This document shows positions 29,842-38,886 of a stretch of DNA of 64,000 nt, in pieces. The translations under genes were made by a program, and so were the position numbers. How positions within the stretch are numbered: the first letter of the stretch is position 1; each line of letters starts with the position of its first letter. Origin of the DNA: Clostridia bacterium. Lineage in GTDB: Bacteria; Bacillota; Clostridia; Christensenellales; Aristaeellaceae. The stretch is taken from NCBI GenBank assembly GCA_017937655.1, contig JAGBDE010000009.1, positions 5,944-69,943 of the forward strand, read 5' to 3'. A model generated the notes under the pieces. The model was not told where the DNA came from and did not search any database. It saw only the letters and a list, made by a program, of their open reading frames with translations.

Positions 29842-31497
29842 TTATTCCCTCACGCAGGGAAAAGCTGCGATGCGGCCGTCGCAGTCCGCATAGGGCAGCA
29901 AGGTCAGCTGATAAGCGGGGCCCATGGGCACATTCTGGGGCGGCGGCAGGATGAAGCCGTCCTTTTCCTTCCACTGCTCGGCCTCGCAGGCAGCCACCAG
30001 CACGCACACGTCGCCGTTTTCTTCGCTGACGGTCATGGGCACGCTGGGGTTGAGGGCGTATCGCCAGGCCATGTCGGTTTCCGGCAGGGACAGGGCCATC
30101 AGCCGGTTGGCCACGCTGACGCTGACGCTGCCCCGGAAGCCGGTTTCCAGCCTGGGGGCGGCGGTCATGGTGAGCAGCAGCTCATCGCCGGTCTGGAAAG
30201 TGCGGGCGATTACATGATATTCACCCTGCACCACGGCCATGCTCTTGCCGCCGTTGACGCTGATGGCAGCGCCGTCGGCCCAGGCAGGCACCAGCAGCTG
30301 CAGCTTGAAAGCCACGGGTTCCTTGGCTTCCACCCGGATGCGCACTTCCCGGCGGGAGGTACCCTTGGTGGTGGCGATCAGCCGCACAGGCACGCCGTTC
30401 ATGCGGGTCAGGCAGCCGCAGTCCACGGGCAGCAGGTAGCTGATCGTGTCCTCTTCCCGGGCCATCCACACGCTGCGGCGCAGGGCGTAGAGGGCGCGGA
30501 GCAGTCCGGACACCTCCTGGGGTTCCGGCTTGTGGTAGACGCAGCTTTCGTCGCTGCCCAGGCGATTGGTGGGCTGGAGGGTACGGATGCCCGCAGCGGA
30601 CAGCATATCCGGCAGGGCGTTGAGCAAAAGCCGTTCCAGCTTTTCCGCAAACACGGCCTTGCCGGAAATGGCCAGCGCGTCGCAGCAGGCCTCGATCTGA
30701 GCGCAGACCGCATCCAGTTCCACCGCACGGGCAGGATCCTTACCGGCCAGGAAGGGGTCGGCAGAGAAGGCGCCGCAGGGCATGCCATGGAAGCGGTAGA
30801 TGGCGTTCAGGCCCGCTTCCGGAGCGGCGGCGTCACGGCCGGAGCCGCTGAACTGGCCCAGCAAAGCGGACATGGCCAGCGCGCCCGCGGTGCCGCGGCC
30901 GGTGGCGAAGCGTTCCATGCGGTCGTAATACTTGATTTCATCAGGGGTAGAGCCTTCTTCCTCCCGGCGGTAGTCTCGCTGGAAGGGGAAGGTGTGCATC
31001 AGGCCGGACACGTCGGGCAGGCGGGAGCGCAGGCTTTCCATCAGGGTCAGCAGAAACCGCTGGCCGGTGCGCTGGTACAGGCGGATGCACAGCCGAAGGG
31101 CCTCTGGGCCGCACCAGAACAGAGCGTCCTCCGCCAGCTGGGGCAGCGTGTCCATAAACAGCCGCATGGCGTCCAGCGCCCGGAGCATGCCGTCCTTGTC
31201 CCGGTTGAAAATGGACAGCATGGTGGCGCTTTCCACCACGCTGAGGAACCGGCCGGGTTCATCGGGCAGAAGGCCGGAAGCCCCCTCCAGGTCAGGCATG
31301 GGGGGCAGCTCCGCATAGCCGCCCAGACGGGTGGCCAGCACGGAATCCAGCGAGGACATGCGGCTCACATCCACATAGTCCAGCACCTGGTTGATCAGGT
31401 TGCCCAGCAGGCCTTCGGGGTGGATGGCCTGATCGGCAAAGGGGGCGAAAACGGGGTTGACCAGCGGGGCGCGGCGGCATGCGGAAACAGCAGACAT
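29842..31497 (-). CDS. Large cytoplasmic hypothetical protein, possibly DUF1680/GH127-like glycoside hydrolase
   Basis: 551 aa with a Cys-containing segment and a C-terminal beta-sandwich-like tail. The family assignment is by general resemblance only. The ATG at 31497 is preceded by AAGGAGAG. It ends 4 nt before dus. Confidence 0.4.
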   Translation of the reverse strand: MSAVSACRRAPLVNPVFAPFADQAIHPEGLLGNLINQVLDYVDVSRMSSLDSVLATRLGGYAELPPMPDLEGASGLLPDEPGRFLSVVESATMLSIFNRDKDGMLRALDAMRLFMDTLPQLAEDALFWCGPEALRLCIRLYQRTGQRFLLTLMESLRSRLPDVSGLMHTFPFQRDYRREEEGSTPDEIKYYDRMERFATGRGTAGALAMSALLGQFSGSGRDAAAPEAGLNAIYRFHGMPCGAFSADPFLAGKDPARAVELDAVCAQIEACCDALAISGKAVFAEKLERLLLNALPDMLSAAGIRTLQPTNRLGSDESCVYHKPEPQEVSGLLRALYALRRSVWMAREEDTISYLLPVDCGCLTRMNGVPVRLIATTKGTSRREVRIRVEAKEPVAFKLQLLVPAWADGAAISVNGGKSMAVVQGEYHVIARTFQTGDELLLTMTAAPRLETGFRGSVSVSVANRLMALSLPETDMAWRYALNPSVPMTVSEENGDVCVLVAACEAEQWKEKDGFILPPPQNVPMGPAYQLTLLPYADCDGRIAAFPCVRE

Positions 31498-31648
31498 ACA
31501 GACTCTCCTTCTTGAACATCGGCAGCAGCCGATAAATAGCACTATTCTACACCATTATACTGCAAATTCCGCCTCTGGTAAAGTGGTTGTGGAGAGGAGA
31601 AAAAACGTGTATAATCATCCCAGCACAATCCCCAAAGGAGGCCCCACG

Positions 31649-31963
31649 ATGGAACACAACGAAAGCGCCGGCCGGCTCTGGGTCCGGCTGATGAAGCGGC
31701 ACCGCATCGTCAAAAGCGTGATGGCGCCCTGCACACGGGACAATCCCCAGGCGGCCCTGCAGCAGGTTTTGCCCGGTCTGGATCTGGGCCAGCCCCTGTG
31801 GCTCAATCGCCACCAGGCAGACTGGGACGACTACGCCCTGACCCGCTTCATGCCCGACCATTTTGTGGAGGCCTTCCCCTACGACAGCATGGAGATCAGC
31901 TACGTCTACCCGGAGGATGAATCCCGGCCCAGCCGCCGTCGCAACCCCTGGGAGGACGCGTAA
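31649..31963 (+). CDS. Hypothetical small protein
   Basis: 104 aa (MEHNESAGRLWVRLMKRHRIV...). AAAGGAGG precedes the ATG at 31649. A hairpin terminator lies at about 32003..32040. Confidence 0.5.
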   Translation: MEHNESAGRLWVRLMKRHRIVKSVMAPCTRDNPQAALQQVLPGLDLGQPLWLNRHQADWDDYALTRFMPDHFVEAFPYDSMEISYVYPEDESRPSRRRNPWEDA

Positions 31964-32055
31964 ATCGTTGCGAAAAAAACGCTTATTTTGCAGGAAATGG
32001 CTGTGCTGGATCGTTCTATCTGCACAGCCCATCTTTTTCCAAGGAGGAGTTTCCC

Positions 32056-32691
32056 ATGAAAAAATGGTTCATCGCCCTGATGGCGGCCCTTCTGCTGCTG
32101 CCCGCGGTCTGTGCTTTTGCTGAAACGGCCGAAACAGCTGAAACACCCGCCCTCCAGCCCGGAGACGTCATTACCTTCGGCCGATATCCCGAAGCCTACA
32201 ACCTGATCACCTGGCGGGTTCTGGCGGTGGACGATTTTACCGCCACCCTCATCAGCGAGGACGTGATCGCCTGCATGCGCTTTGACTACGACAGCAGCGA
32301 CTGGGCCAGCAGCGATCTTTGCCAGTGGCTCAACGGCCTGTTCCTCAAAAACGCCTTCAACCAAAACGAAAGCTGGCGGCTCATTGCCAACGAGGAAGGC
32401 CATCGGGTGGTCATCCCCTCCCGGGAGGACATCCTGAACCCCCTCTACGGCTTCTCCCAGGATTCCCAGAAAAAGGACGACGCCCGCCGGGCCAAAAAAG
32501 CCGAAATGCTGAGCCTGAACAGCCTCTGGACCAGCAAGCAGGGCTACTGCACCTACTTCCTCCGCACCGCCGAGTCCGATGATAATGTCTACCAGGTCCG
32601 GGCCACCGGCAACCTGGGCGTGGCGAAAGTCACCCGGGAAAACGTGGGCGTTCGGCCCATGATCCGGGTGTATGTGAATGGGTTGGAGTAA
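32056..32691 (+). CDS. DUF6273-like secreted protein
   Basis: Signal peptide, then ITFGRYPE..ITWRVLAVDD, CQWLNGLF and a C-terminal GVRPMIRV. This pattern is typical of DUF6273 proteins of gut Firmicutes. Confidence 0.6.
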   Translation: MKKWFIALMAALLLLPAVCAFAETAETAETPALQPGDVITFGRYPEAYNLITWRVLAVDDFTATLISEDVIACMRFDYDSSDWASSDLCQWLNGLFLKNAFNQNESWRLIANEEGHRVVIPSREDILNPLYGFSQDSQKKDDARRAKKAEMLSLNSLWTSKQGYCTYFLRTAESDDNVYQVRATGNLGVAKVTRENVGVRPMIRVYVNGLE

Positions 32692-32707
32692 GAAAAGAGG
32701 GAAATAC

Positions 32708-33835
32708 GTGAAAAGGCAATGTTACCGTCTCCATTTGTTGATATGCATTCTTATAGCCTTGTGGCTTATGGCTGGCGTTTGCATTGCAGAAGAAAATAAG
32801 CTGAACCGACTGACCATCCGCGCAAAGAGCTTTGATTACAGCCCCTCCCATGACTGGGGTTTCTATAGCTTGGAAACATATTTTGATCCGGACAGAGAAA
32901 GCGGTATTGATTTCCCCATTGAATATATTGGCATGAGTATGGAGCAGCAAAACGATTTATCTGCCCATCCAGAGAACTGGTATAAATGCTGGATTCGTTT
33001 GCAGATTCAGCCCGGCGTTGATTGGGAAACAACATATTGCGCTGATCCTTCCAATCCATTGCACTATGTTGATTTGCGCTTTGAAAATGTCCGAATCAGC
33101 AACGCGGATGAAGTCCGCGTTTATCCAAAGCCTTTTCTGATGTTTGCTGCCAACCCAGCCGGTCTCTTTGATGAAGCGGAGATGATCGAGGAAAGCAACG
33201 GTAACTTATGGTACATGGAGGTCATGATCGAAGCAAAAAACAGGACGGAAGCGGAGATCACAAGAGACCTTCAACAAGCTGAAGTATTTTGTGACGCGAC
33301 TTACCTTAGCAGTTCGCAATGCTCTACGAAAAAGAATGTTCCCATATCGCTGACCAATCTGAAACGGCAGGTTTGTTTCGAAGAAAACGCCGTCCAAATT
33401 CATGCCACGCAATTAAAGAAGAGCGACGAAGACGTTTTTTACATCTTTTCCAACTATATCGTAAGCGACGCTGTTTGGGATGAAGTCTGCAGCGCACCGG
33501 AGAATTTCAACTGTTATGAGCTTGACCTTGTTATGACCAACAACGGCAAATATCCTATCTTGGGAGTGGAAACAAATTCTGCACAGTACAGCGAAAACGT
33601 CTGGCTGGTCTATTACGAACTCGAGTTTATTTTCCTAAGGGACTGCAAACCAGGCGCGAGCGTTCCTCTGGAAGGATACTATTTGATCATTAGAGACCAA
33701 AACTTTTCCGAAGAAGAACTTTTGCACTTGCCGCTCAGAATGGAGGTAAATACAGAATTTGCTGGTCTCATGAATGAAAATGAGCCTTACGAAGGGGTCA
33801 TGGGCTGTAGCCTTTTGTTGTTGAAATTGACATGA
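32708..33835 (+). CDS. Hypothetical secreted protein, AT-rich gene
   Basis: The GTG at 32708 has AGAGGGA upstream. It has a signal/TM segment LLICILIALWLMAGVCIA and no recognisable domain. GC is clearly lower than the flanks. Confidence 0.5.
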   Translation: MKRQCYRLHLLICILIALWLMAGVCIAEENKLNRLTIRAKSFDYSPSHDWGFYSLETYFDPDRESGIDFPIEYIGMSMEQQNDLSAHPENWYKCWIRLQIQPGVDWETTYCADPSNPLHYVDLRFENVRISNADEVRVYPKPFLMFAANPAGLFDEAEMIEESNGNLWYMEVMIEAKNRTEAEITRDLQQAEVFCDATYLSSSQCSTKKNVPISLTNLKRQVCFEENAVQIHATQLKKSDEDVFYIFSNYIVSDAVWDEVCSAPENFNCYELDLVMTNNGKYPILGVETNSAQYSENVWLVYYELEFIFLRDCKPGASVPLEGYYLIIRDQNFSEEELLHLPLRMEVNTEFAGLMNENEPYEGVMGCSLLLLKLT

Positions 33836-33874
33836 CTTCATGTAAAGGAAATAAAGAATAAATCCATTTTCTCA

Positions 33875-33898
33875 AGCCGTCCTGTTGGACGGTTTTTT
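33875..33898 (+). terminator. Rho-independent terminator
   Basis: AGCCGTCC-TGTT-GGACGGTT followed by TTTT. Confidence 0.7.
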
Positions 33899-33910
33899 GA
33901 TAAAAAACAT

Positions 33911-33938
33911 TTGACTTTTTTCCTCGCATTGTTATAAT
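33911..33938 (+). promoter_or_regulatory. Promoter TTGACT-16-TGtTATAAT
   Basis: TTGACT at 33911..33916 and an extended -10 TGT-TATAAT at 33930..33938. Confidence 0.65.
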
Positions 33939-33948
33939 TAATCACAAG

Positions 33949-33962
33949 CGAAAACGTTTACT
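33949..33962 (+). promoter_or_regulatory. cre-like / LacI-family operator candidate
   Basis: CGAAAACGTTTACT versus the cre consensus TGWAANCGNTNWCA, with mismatches only at the two outermost positions. It lies about 10 nt downstream of the -10. Confidence 0.4.
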
Positions 33963-33988
33963 TAACCGCATATCAAGGAGGTTTGCCT

Positions 33989-34840
33989 ATGCGTCTTGGA
34001 GGAAGCATCCCCAAAGCCTATACCACCGCCGAAGCCTGGGCAGAGGACTGCCGCCGGGCCGGTTTTTACGCCTGCACCTGCCCCATCAATTATGAGGCCA
34101 GCGCTGAGGAAAAGAAGCACCTTTTGGAAGTGGCAGAAAAAAACAACATCCTGCTGGCCGAGGTGGGCGTGTGGAAGAACACCCTGTCCCTCAACCCGGA
34201 GGAACTCCGCGCCAACATGGAGTATGCCAAGAAGCAGCTGGCCTTTGCGGACGAAATGGGCATTTCCTGCTGCGTGAACATCTCCGGCGCGCGGGGCGAG
34301 GTCTGGGACGGCTGGTACCCGGACAACTACTCCCCTGCCACCTATGAGCTGATCGTGGACTCCATCCGGGAGATCATCGACGCGGTGAAACCCACCCGCA
34401 CCTTCTATTCCATCGAGCCCATGCCCTGGATGGTGCCCTCCAGCCCGGAAGAATATCTGAAGCTGATCAAAGACGTGGATCGGCCCCAGTTTGCGGTGCA
34501 TATGGACTTCATCAACATGATCAACTCTGTGGAGCGGTTCCTGAACTGGGAAAGCTTCATCCGGGACTGCTTTGTGAAGCTGGCGCCCTGGGTCAAGAGC
34601 GTCCACATCAAGGACGTGAGCCTGGACCAGTACGCCCTGCCCTGCTGCCTCCGTGAATGCGCCCCCGGCGACGGCGACCTGGACTACGCCCGGGTGCTGC
34701 ACATCATCCAGGAGACCATGCCCGCCCAAATGCCCGTGCTGCTGGAGCACATGACCACCATGGAGGAATATGAGGTATCCTCCCGCTTTGTGACCGAGCT
34801 TGCCAGGAAAGAGAACATCGCCATCGACGGCACCAAATAA
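33989..34840 (+). CDS. Sugar phosphate isomerase/epimerase (xylose isomerase-like TIM barrel)
   Basis: 283 aa with the metal-ligand pattern (E..D..H..E contexts such as SIEPMPW, HMDFINM, VHIKD, LLEHM). AAGGAGG precedes the ATG at 33989. Confidence 0.7.
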   Translation: MRLGGSIPKAYTTAEAWAEDCRRAGFYACTCPINYEASAEEKKHLLEVAEKNNILLAEVGVWKNTLSLNPEELRANMEYAKKQLAFADEMGISCCVNISGARGEVWDGWYPDNYSPATYELIVDSIREIIDAVKPTRTFYSIEPMPWMVPSSPEEYLKLIKDVDRPQFAVHMDFINMINSVERFLNWESFIRDCFVKLAPWVKSVHIKDVSLDQYALPCCLRECAPGDGDLDYARVLHIIQETMPAQMPVLLEHMTTMEEYEVSSRFVTELARKENIAIDGTK

Positions 34841-34870
34841 ACATCGGCTTCGGCCGGAAAGGACAAAACT

Positions 34871-35623
34871 ATGATTCAGGTTAAAGGAAAATGGACTCTC
34901 ATCACCGGCGCAAGCCGCGGCATCGGCTATCTGACCGCCCTGTTTATGGCCAAGCAGGGGGCCAATCTCATCCTCCACGCCCGCAGCAAGGCAAATGCCC
35001 AGAAGGTGCTGGACGAGGTCAAAGCCCTGGGCGTGGAAGCCTACGCCGTGGGCGCTGAGCTGACCGACCTTTCTCAGGTGGAAGCCATGCTGCAGGAGAT
35101 CGACAGCCTGGGCGTGCAGGTGGACATCGTGCTGAACAATGCCGGTCTGCAGATCGCCTACCGGACGGAGTACTTCTCCACCCCCGCCTCCGACTACACC
35201 GAGAGCTTCAAGATCAACACCATCGCCCCGGCCATGATCATGTATCACTTCCTGCCCGGGATGATCGAGCGGGGCTTTGGCCGCATCCTCAACACCACCA
35301 GCGGCATCCGTCTGGAACCCCAGCAAGCGGGCTATTCCGCCAGCAAGGCCGCCCTGGACAAGATCACCATTGACCTGGGCTCCACGGTGGAGGGCACGGA
35401 CGTGATGATCAACCTGACCGACCCCGGCTGGTGCCGCACCGACCTGGGCGGCCCCCACGCGCCCAACGCGCCGGAGAGCGCCATTCCGGGCATTGTGGTG
35501 GGTGTGTTTGTGGACGATAAGAAGTCCGGCCGTTATCTGGGCGCGCAGAACTTTGCCGGTATGACCCTGGAAGAGGGCGTGGCAAAGGCAGAGCGGGACT
35601 TCGATTCCCCCTACGGTAAATAA
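34871..35623 (+). CDS. SDR family oxidoreductase
   Basis: TGASRGIG cofactor motif, NNAG, and the catalytic YSASK. Confidence 0.88.
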   Translation: MIQVKGKWTLITGASRGIGYLTALFMAKQGANLILHARSKANAQKVLDEVKALGVEAYAVGAELTDLSQVEAMLQEIDSLGVQVDIVLNNAGLQIAYRTEYFSTPASDYTESFKINTIAPAMIMYHFLPGMIERGFGRILNTTSGIRLEPQQAGYSASKAALDKITIDLGSTVEGTDVMINLTDPGWCRTDLGGPHAPNAPESAIPGIVVGVFVDDKKSGRYLGAQNFAGMTLEEGVAKAERDFDSPYGK

Positions 35624-35629
35624 GCCAAC

Positions 35630-35830
35630 CAATGCGCGGGGTGCAGGGGGATCATCCCCCTGCCGGGGCTTGGGGCAGCGCCCCAAAACCTGCGCCGCAG
35701 CGCAAAAAACCAAAGCACAGCCAGCCGAAGGCGCGCGCTGTGCGACACTTCCAGTCCATTTTGCCTCCGGCGGCCCTGCCGGGGGCCTTCTTTTCTTCTG
35801 AGAAGAAAAGAAGCAAAAGAAGCGCTTTTG
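35630..35830. repeat. GC-rich multi-hairpin array in the SDR gene 3' UTR (copy 2)
   Basis: Shares the 29-mer at 35660..35688 with copy 1. The next ~68 nt (35689..35756) is the reverse complement of copy 1 segment 17485..17552. It ends with the perfect hairpin CTTCTTTTCTTC-TGA-GAAGAAAAGAAG. Confidence 0.8.
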
Positions 35831-35925
35831 CCGCATGCCAACATCGGTTTGTTTGGCTTGCAGCAAAAGGTTTGACCGTGATAAAATGAAAGCGAAAAAA
35901 TGAATTTGATGAGGTGAAAAACGAT

Positions 35926-36243
35926 ATGGATGGAAATACAACGGTAAAGTATTTACAGACTTATATCAAAGAAAAAGACTATCATCCCGAACTGCTGAAG
36001 GATTACTTTTTGAAACTGTCCGAAGAGGTCGGAGAATTATCTTATGCTATGAGAAAAGGTTTGAAAGCACAAAATAGCACCGATATTTTGGGAACAGTTG
36101 ATGAAGAATTATGGGATGTCATTTATTATGCTTTAGCCATTGCAAATATTTACGACATTGATATAGAGCAAGTCGCCAAAGTCAAATCAAAGATAAATGA
36201 GAGTAGATATCCCTCTAAGGTTAAGTTTGAAGAAGGCAGATAA
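35926..36243 (+). CDS. MazG-like nucleotide pyrophosphohydrolase domain protein (AT-rich gene)
   Basis: LSEEVGELSYAMRKG and DEELWDVIYYALAIANIYDIDIE are the ExxE...ExxD metal motifs of the all-alpha NTP-PPase fold. GAGGTG lies 9 nt before the ATG at 35926. The track GTG at 35914 overlaps the RBS. Confidence 0.65.
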   Translation: MDGNTTVKYLQTYIKEKDYHPELLKDYFLKLSEEVGELSYAMRKGLKAQNSTDILGTVDEELWDVIYYALAIANIYDIDIEQVAKVKSKINESRYPSKVKFEEGR

Positions 36244-36346
36244 ATTTCCAATTCATCGAACACAGAAACGTTTTTCTATTGTCCCTTTTCCCCAAAAATA
36301 TGCTATACTCTTCTCAACCAATCCACCCTGTTTGGAGGGAAATACC

Positions 36347-37402
36347 ATGACCACCTATCCCATCGATTCCGCTCACGTCAAGTTCCTGGGCCGCTGTATG
36401 CCCATTCCCCAGGGCCTGTGGCTGTGCTGGTCCGGCTCTGGCGTGGAGTTCACCTTCACCGGTAAGGAATTCTGCATCACCATCCTGGGCGACGACCGCA
36501 GCACTTTGCCCGAGACCCATGAAAACCACGCCCGCATCGCCATTGAAATCAATGGCAAGCGCGTGATCTCCCAGCAGATTGCCGATAAAGTCAACAATTT
36601 TGCTTTCGGAAACACCGAAAGCCAGGACTGGCATGTGCGGGTCATCAAGCTGAGCGAGTCCGCCATGGCCACCTGCGTGCTCAGCCAGCTCAAGTGCGAC
36701 GGCCAGCCCCAGCCCACCCCCGCCAAGGCCCATACCATGGAGGTCATCGGCGATTCCATTACCTGCGGCTACGGCATTGACGACCCCGCGGCGGATCATC
36801 CCTTCCACACCGCCACCGAGGACTGCACCCAGGCCTATGCCTGGCTGGCTGCCCAGGAGCTGAACGCGGACTATGCGCTGATCAGCATCAGCGGCTGGGG
36901 CATCATTTCCGGCTACACCGCCACCGACGAGCGTTCCGCCAGCCAGCTGCTGCCGCCCTACCACCACTGCGCCGGCTATGCCCACGAGGGCTTCCAGGGC
37001 CGGAAGCCCCAGGATCTGGACTGGGACTTCAGCCGCTTTGACCCGGAGCTGGTTGTCATCAACCTGGGCACCAACGACGACAGCTTCACCGGGGACGATG
37101 CCGACCGCCAGGAAGAGTACTGCCGGGAGTATCAGGCGTTCCTGAAAACCCTGCGCAGTCGCTATCCCGAGGCCCACATCCTCTGCACCCTGGGCATGAT
37201 GGGCGACCGGCTCTACCCCATGGTGGAGAAGGCCGTCAGCCAGCACATTGCCGCCACTGGCGACAGCCGCATCCAGGCCTTCCGTTTCACCCCCCAGACC
37301 GACGCCGACGGCTACAGCTCCGACTGGCACCCCTCCAAGTCCAGCCAGAAGCGTGGCGCCGCCGAGCTGACCCGCAAAGTGAAGGAATGGCTGGGCTGGT
37401 AA
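36347..37402 (+). CDS. SGNH/GDSL hydrolase, CE2-like carbohydrate esterase (N-terminal beta-sandwich plus esterase domain)
   Basis: GDSITCGYG (block I), NLGTNDD (block III) and DWHPS (block V). GGAGGG precedes the ATG at 36347. Confidence 0.75.
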   Translation: MTTYPIDSAHVKFLGRCMPIPQGLWLCWSGSGVEFTFTGKEFCITILGDDRSTLPETHENHARIAIEINGKRVISQQIADKVNNFAFGNTESQDWHVRVIKLSESAMATCVLSQLKCDGQPQPTPAKAHTMEVIGDSITCGYGIDDPAADHPFHTATEDCTQAYAWLAAQELNADYALISISGWGIISGYTATDERSASQLLPPYHHCAGYAHEGFQGRKPQDLDWDFSRFDPELVVINLGTNDDSFTGDDADRQEEYCREYQAFLKTLRSRYPEAHILCTLGMMGDRLYPMVEKAVSQHIAATGDSRIQAFRFTPQTDADGYSSDWHPSKSSQKRGAAELTRKVKEWLGW

Positions 37403-37452
37403 ACGCCTGTCTGCATCGGGCGATGATTCTTAAAGAACCATTCTCCAACAGC

Positions 37453-37496
37453 AAACACCCGAGCATCCGGTGAACGTGCCGGATGCCCGGGTGTTT
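37453..37496. repeat. Hairpin module R (copy 1); bidirectional terminator-like
   Basis: AAACACCCGAGCATCCGG-TGAACGTG-CCGGATGCCCGGGTGTTT. Its reverse complement shares a 32-nt perfect core with 46546..46589. Confidence 0.85.
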
Positions 37497-37501
37497 ATGT
37501 C

Positions 37502-38878
37502 TTAGATGGTTCCCGACCTCTTGTGAATCATCCTTGCAATGATGGAGTATACAATCAGCGTGAATGGAGGCAAAAACAGCGAAATGCAATTTGCTACTAT
37601 ATGGAAATCGTGATATTCTACCAAGCATGGAATCAAGAACGAACAAAACGAACATGCCAACGCACACAAAGTCATGATCATTTTTTGTGACGTGCGAAGA
37701 AACGCGCAAGATACATAAGTAAGTAACGGCAGCACAGAAACAAAGGCTGCACCTGTCAGATAGAGAAAGGAAACGTGAAAGCTGTCATATGCAATCGAAC
37801 GGATAAAAATTGAAACCGTTTCTTCATGTATCATGACCGCGAAAAAGCACATGGTCCATAGAGAAGAAATACATCTTGCGTGGATTGAATCAAATTCCCG
37901 TCTTTGGCGCTTGCGGTACAAAACGAAAGCTACAACACAGAAAAAGCATGTGTTCAGCAATTCGAATGTGCCATCAATCAGCGGCCCATCTATCAATTCA
38001 TATGCATTTGCGATCGTATGAATTCCTGCCAACTGAATCGCAAGATGAACACATCCCCAAGTTAACCAAATGATTCCCAAATACATCAAATATGGCTCTT
38101 GATGTATTGTGTGATCATGATGATCAACAAGACGATCAGGCGCGTTGTCAAGTTTTTGGACGGCTTTCACAGTAGACCATGAACATATGGCAAGCATCAG
38201 CGGAAGAACGAAGCGGAAACAGATTACCAACATTCTGGCAAAATGATCGCTTTGCAGAATGTTATTTTCATCCAGGCTGAAATTTATCAATCCGATGATA
38301 GGAAGGCTTATGAGCGCAAAGAAAACAGCAAGTCTGCCAAGCGCTTTGTGTTGACACAGGATGCCGGTGATATATTGAGCTACGATGATCGGCAAAAGCA
38401 AGGTAAGAAAACGAAACGGATCATTCAAAGCAATGAACATGCTTACTGCTTGGGGAGACGGAAGTTGTCGCCGAAACAAAACACTGCTGAGACCCCATAG
38501 AACAAGCGGAGCAATCGTTGCAATGCCCCACAGAAGCAAGATATCATTTTGGATGCAGTCCATTGGATGCGTTCGTTTGAACGAAATCACCAGTATCGAT
38601 AGTAAAAGAACGGACGATATGGCAATATACACAAGTCCCTTATTTGACAAGCATTGAAGAGAGATGGCTTCATAAGAGGGCGGGTCAACATCCGCTCTCC
38701 AGTACACGATTCCGCTGGGTTGTGTAAAATGGTTCCAGCCAAATGAAAAGAGTAATAATACCATACATGCAGCTATCAAATACAAGGAAATGTTAGACCA
38801 AGATTTACTTCTTCCAACCATAATGTCACTCCAATATTTGCTCATGGTAAGTGCCAAGGAACTTTGATCGAGAAACAT
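37502..38878 (-). CDS. Hypothetical polytopic membrane protein (at least 10 TM), AT-rich gene
   Basis: No recognisable family. The start MFLDQSS at 38878 was chosen because the shared TGATAGAAT promoter lies inside the longer track ORF. AAGGGA lies 9 nt upstream. Confidence 0.55.
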   Translation of the reverse strand: MFLDQSSLALTMSKYWSDIMVGRSKSWSNISLYLIAACMVLLLFSFGWNHFTQPSGIVYWRADVDPPSYEAISLQCLSNKGLVYIAISSVLLLSILVISFKRTHPMDCIQNDILLLWGIATIAPLVLWGLSSVLFRRQLPSPQAVSMFIALNDPFRFLTLLLPIIVAQYITGILCQHKALGRLAVFFALISLPIIGLINFSLDENNILQSDHFARMLVICFRFVLPLMLAICSWSTVKAVQKLDNAPDRLVDHHDHTIHQEPYLMYLGIIWLTWGCVHLAIQLAGIHTIANAYELIDGPLIDGTFELLNTCFFCVVAFVLYRKRQRREFDSIHARCISSLWTMCFFAVMIHEETVSIFIRSIAYDSFHVSFLYLTGAAFVSVLPLLTYVSCAFLRTSQKMIMTLCALACSFCSFLIPCLVEYHDFHIVANCISLFLPPFTLIVYSIIARMIHKRSGTI

Positions 38879-38886
38879 CTTATGTA

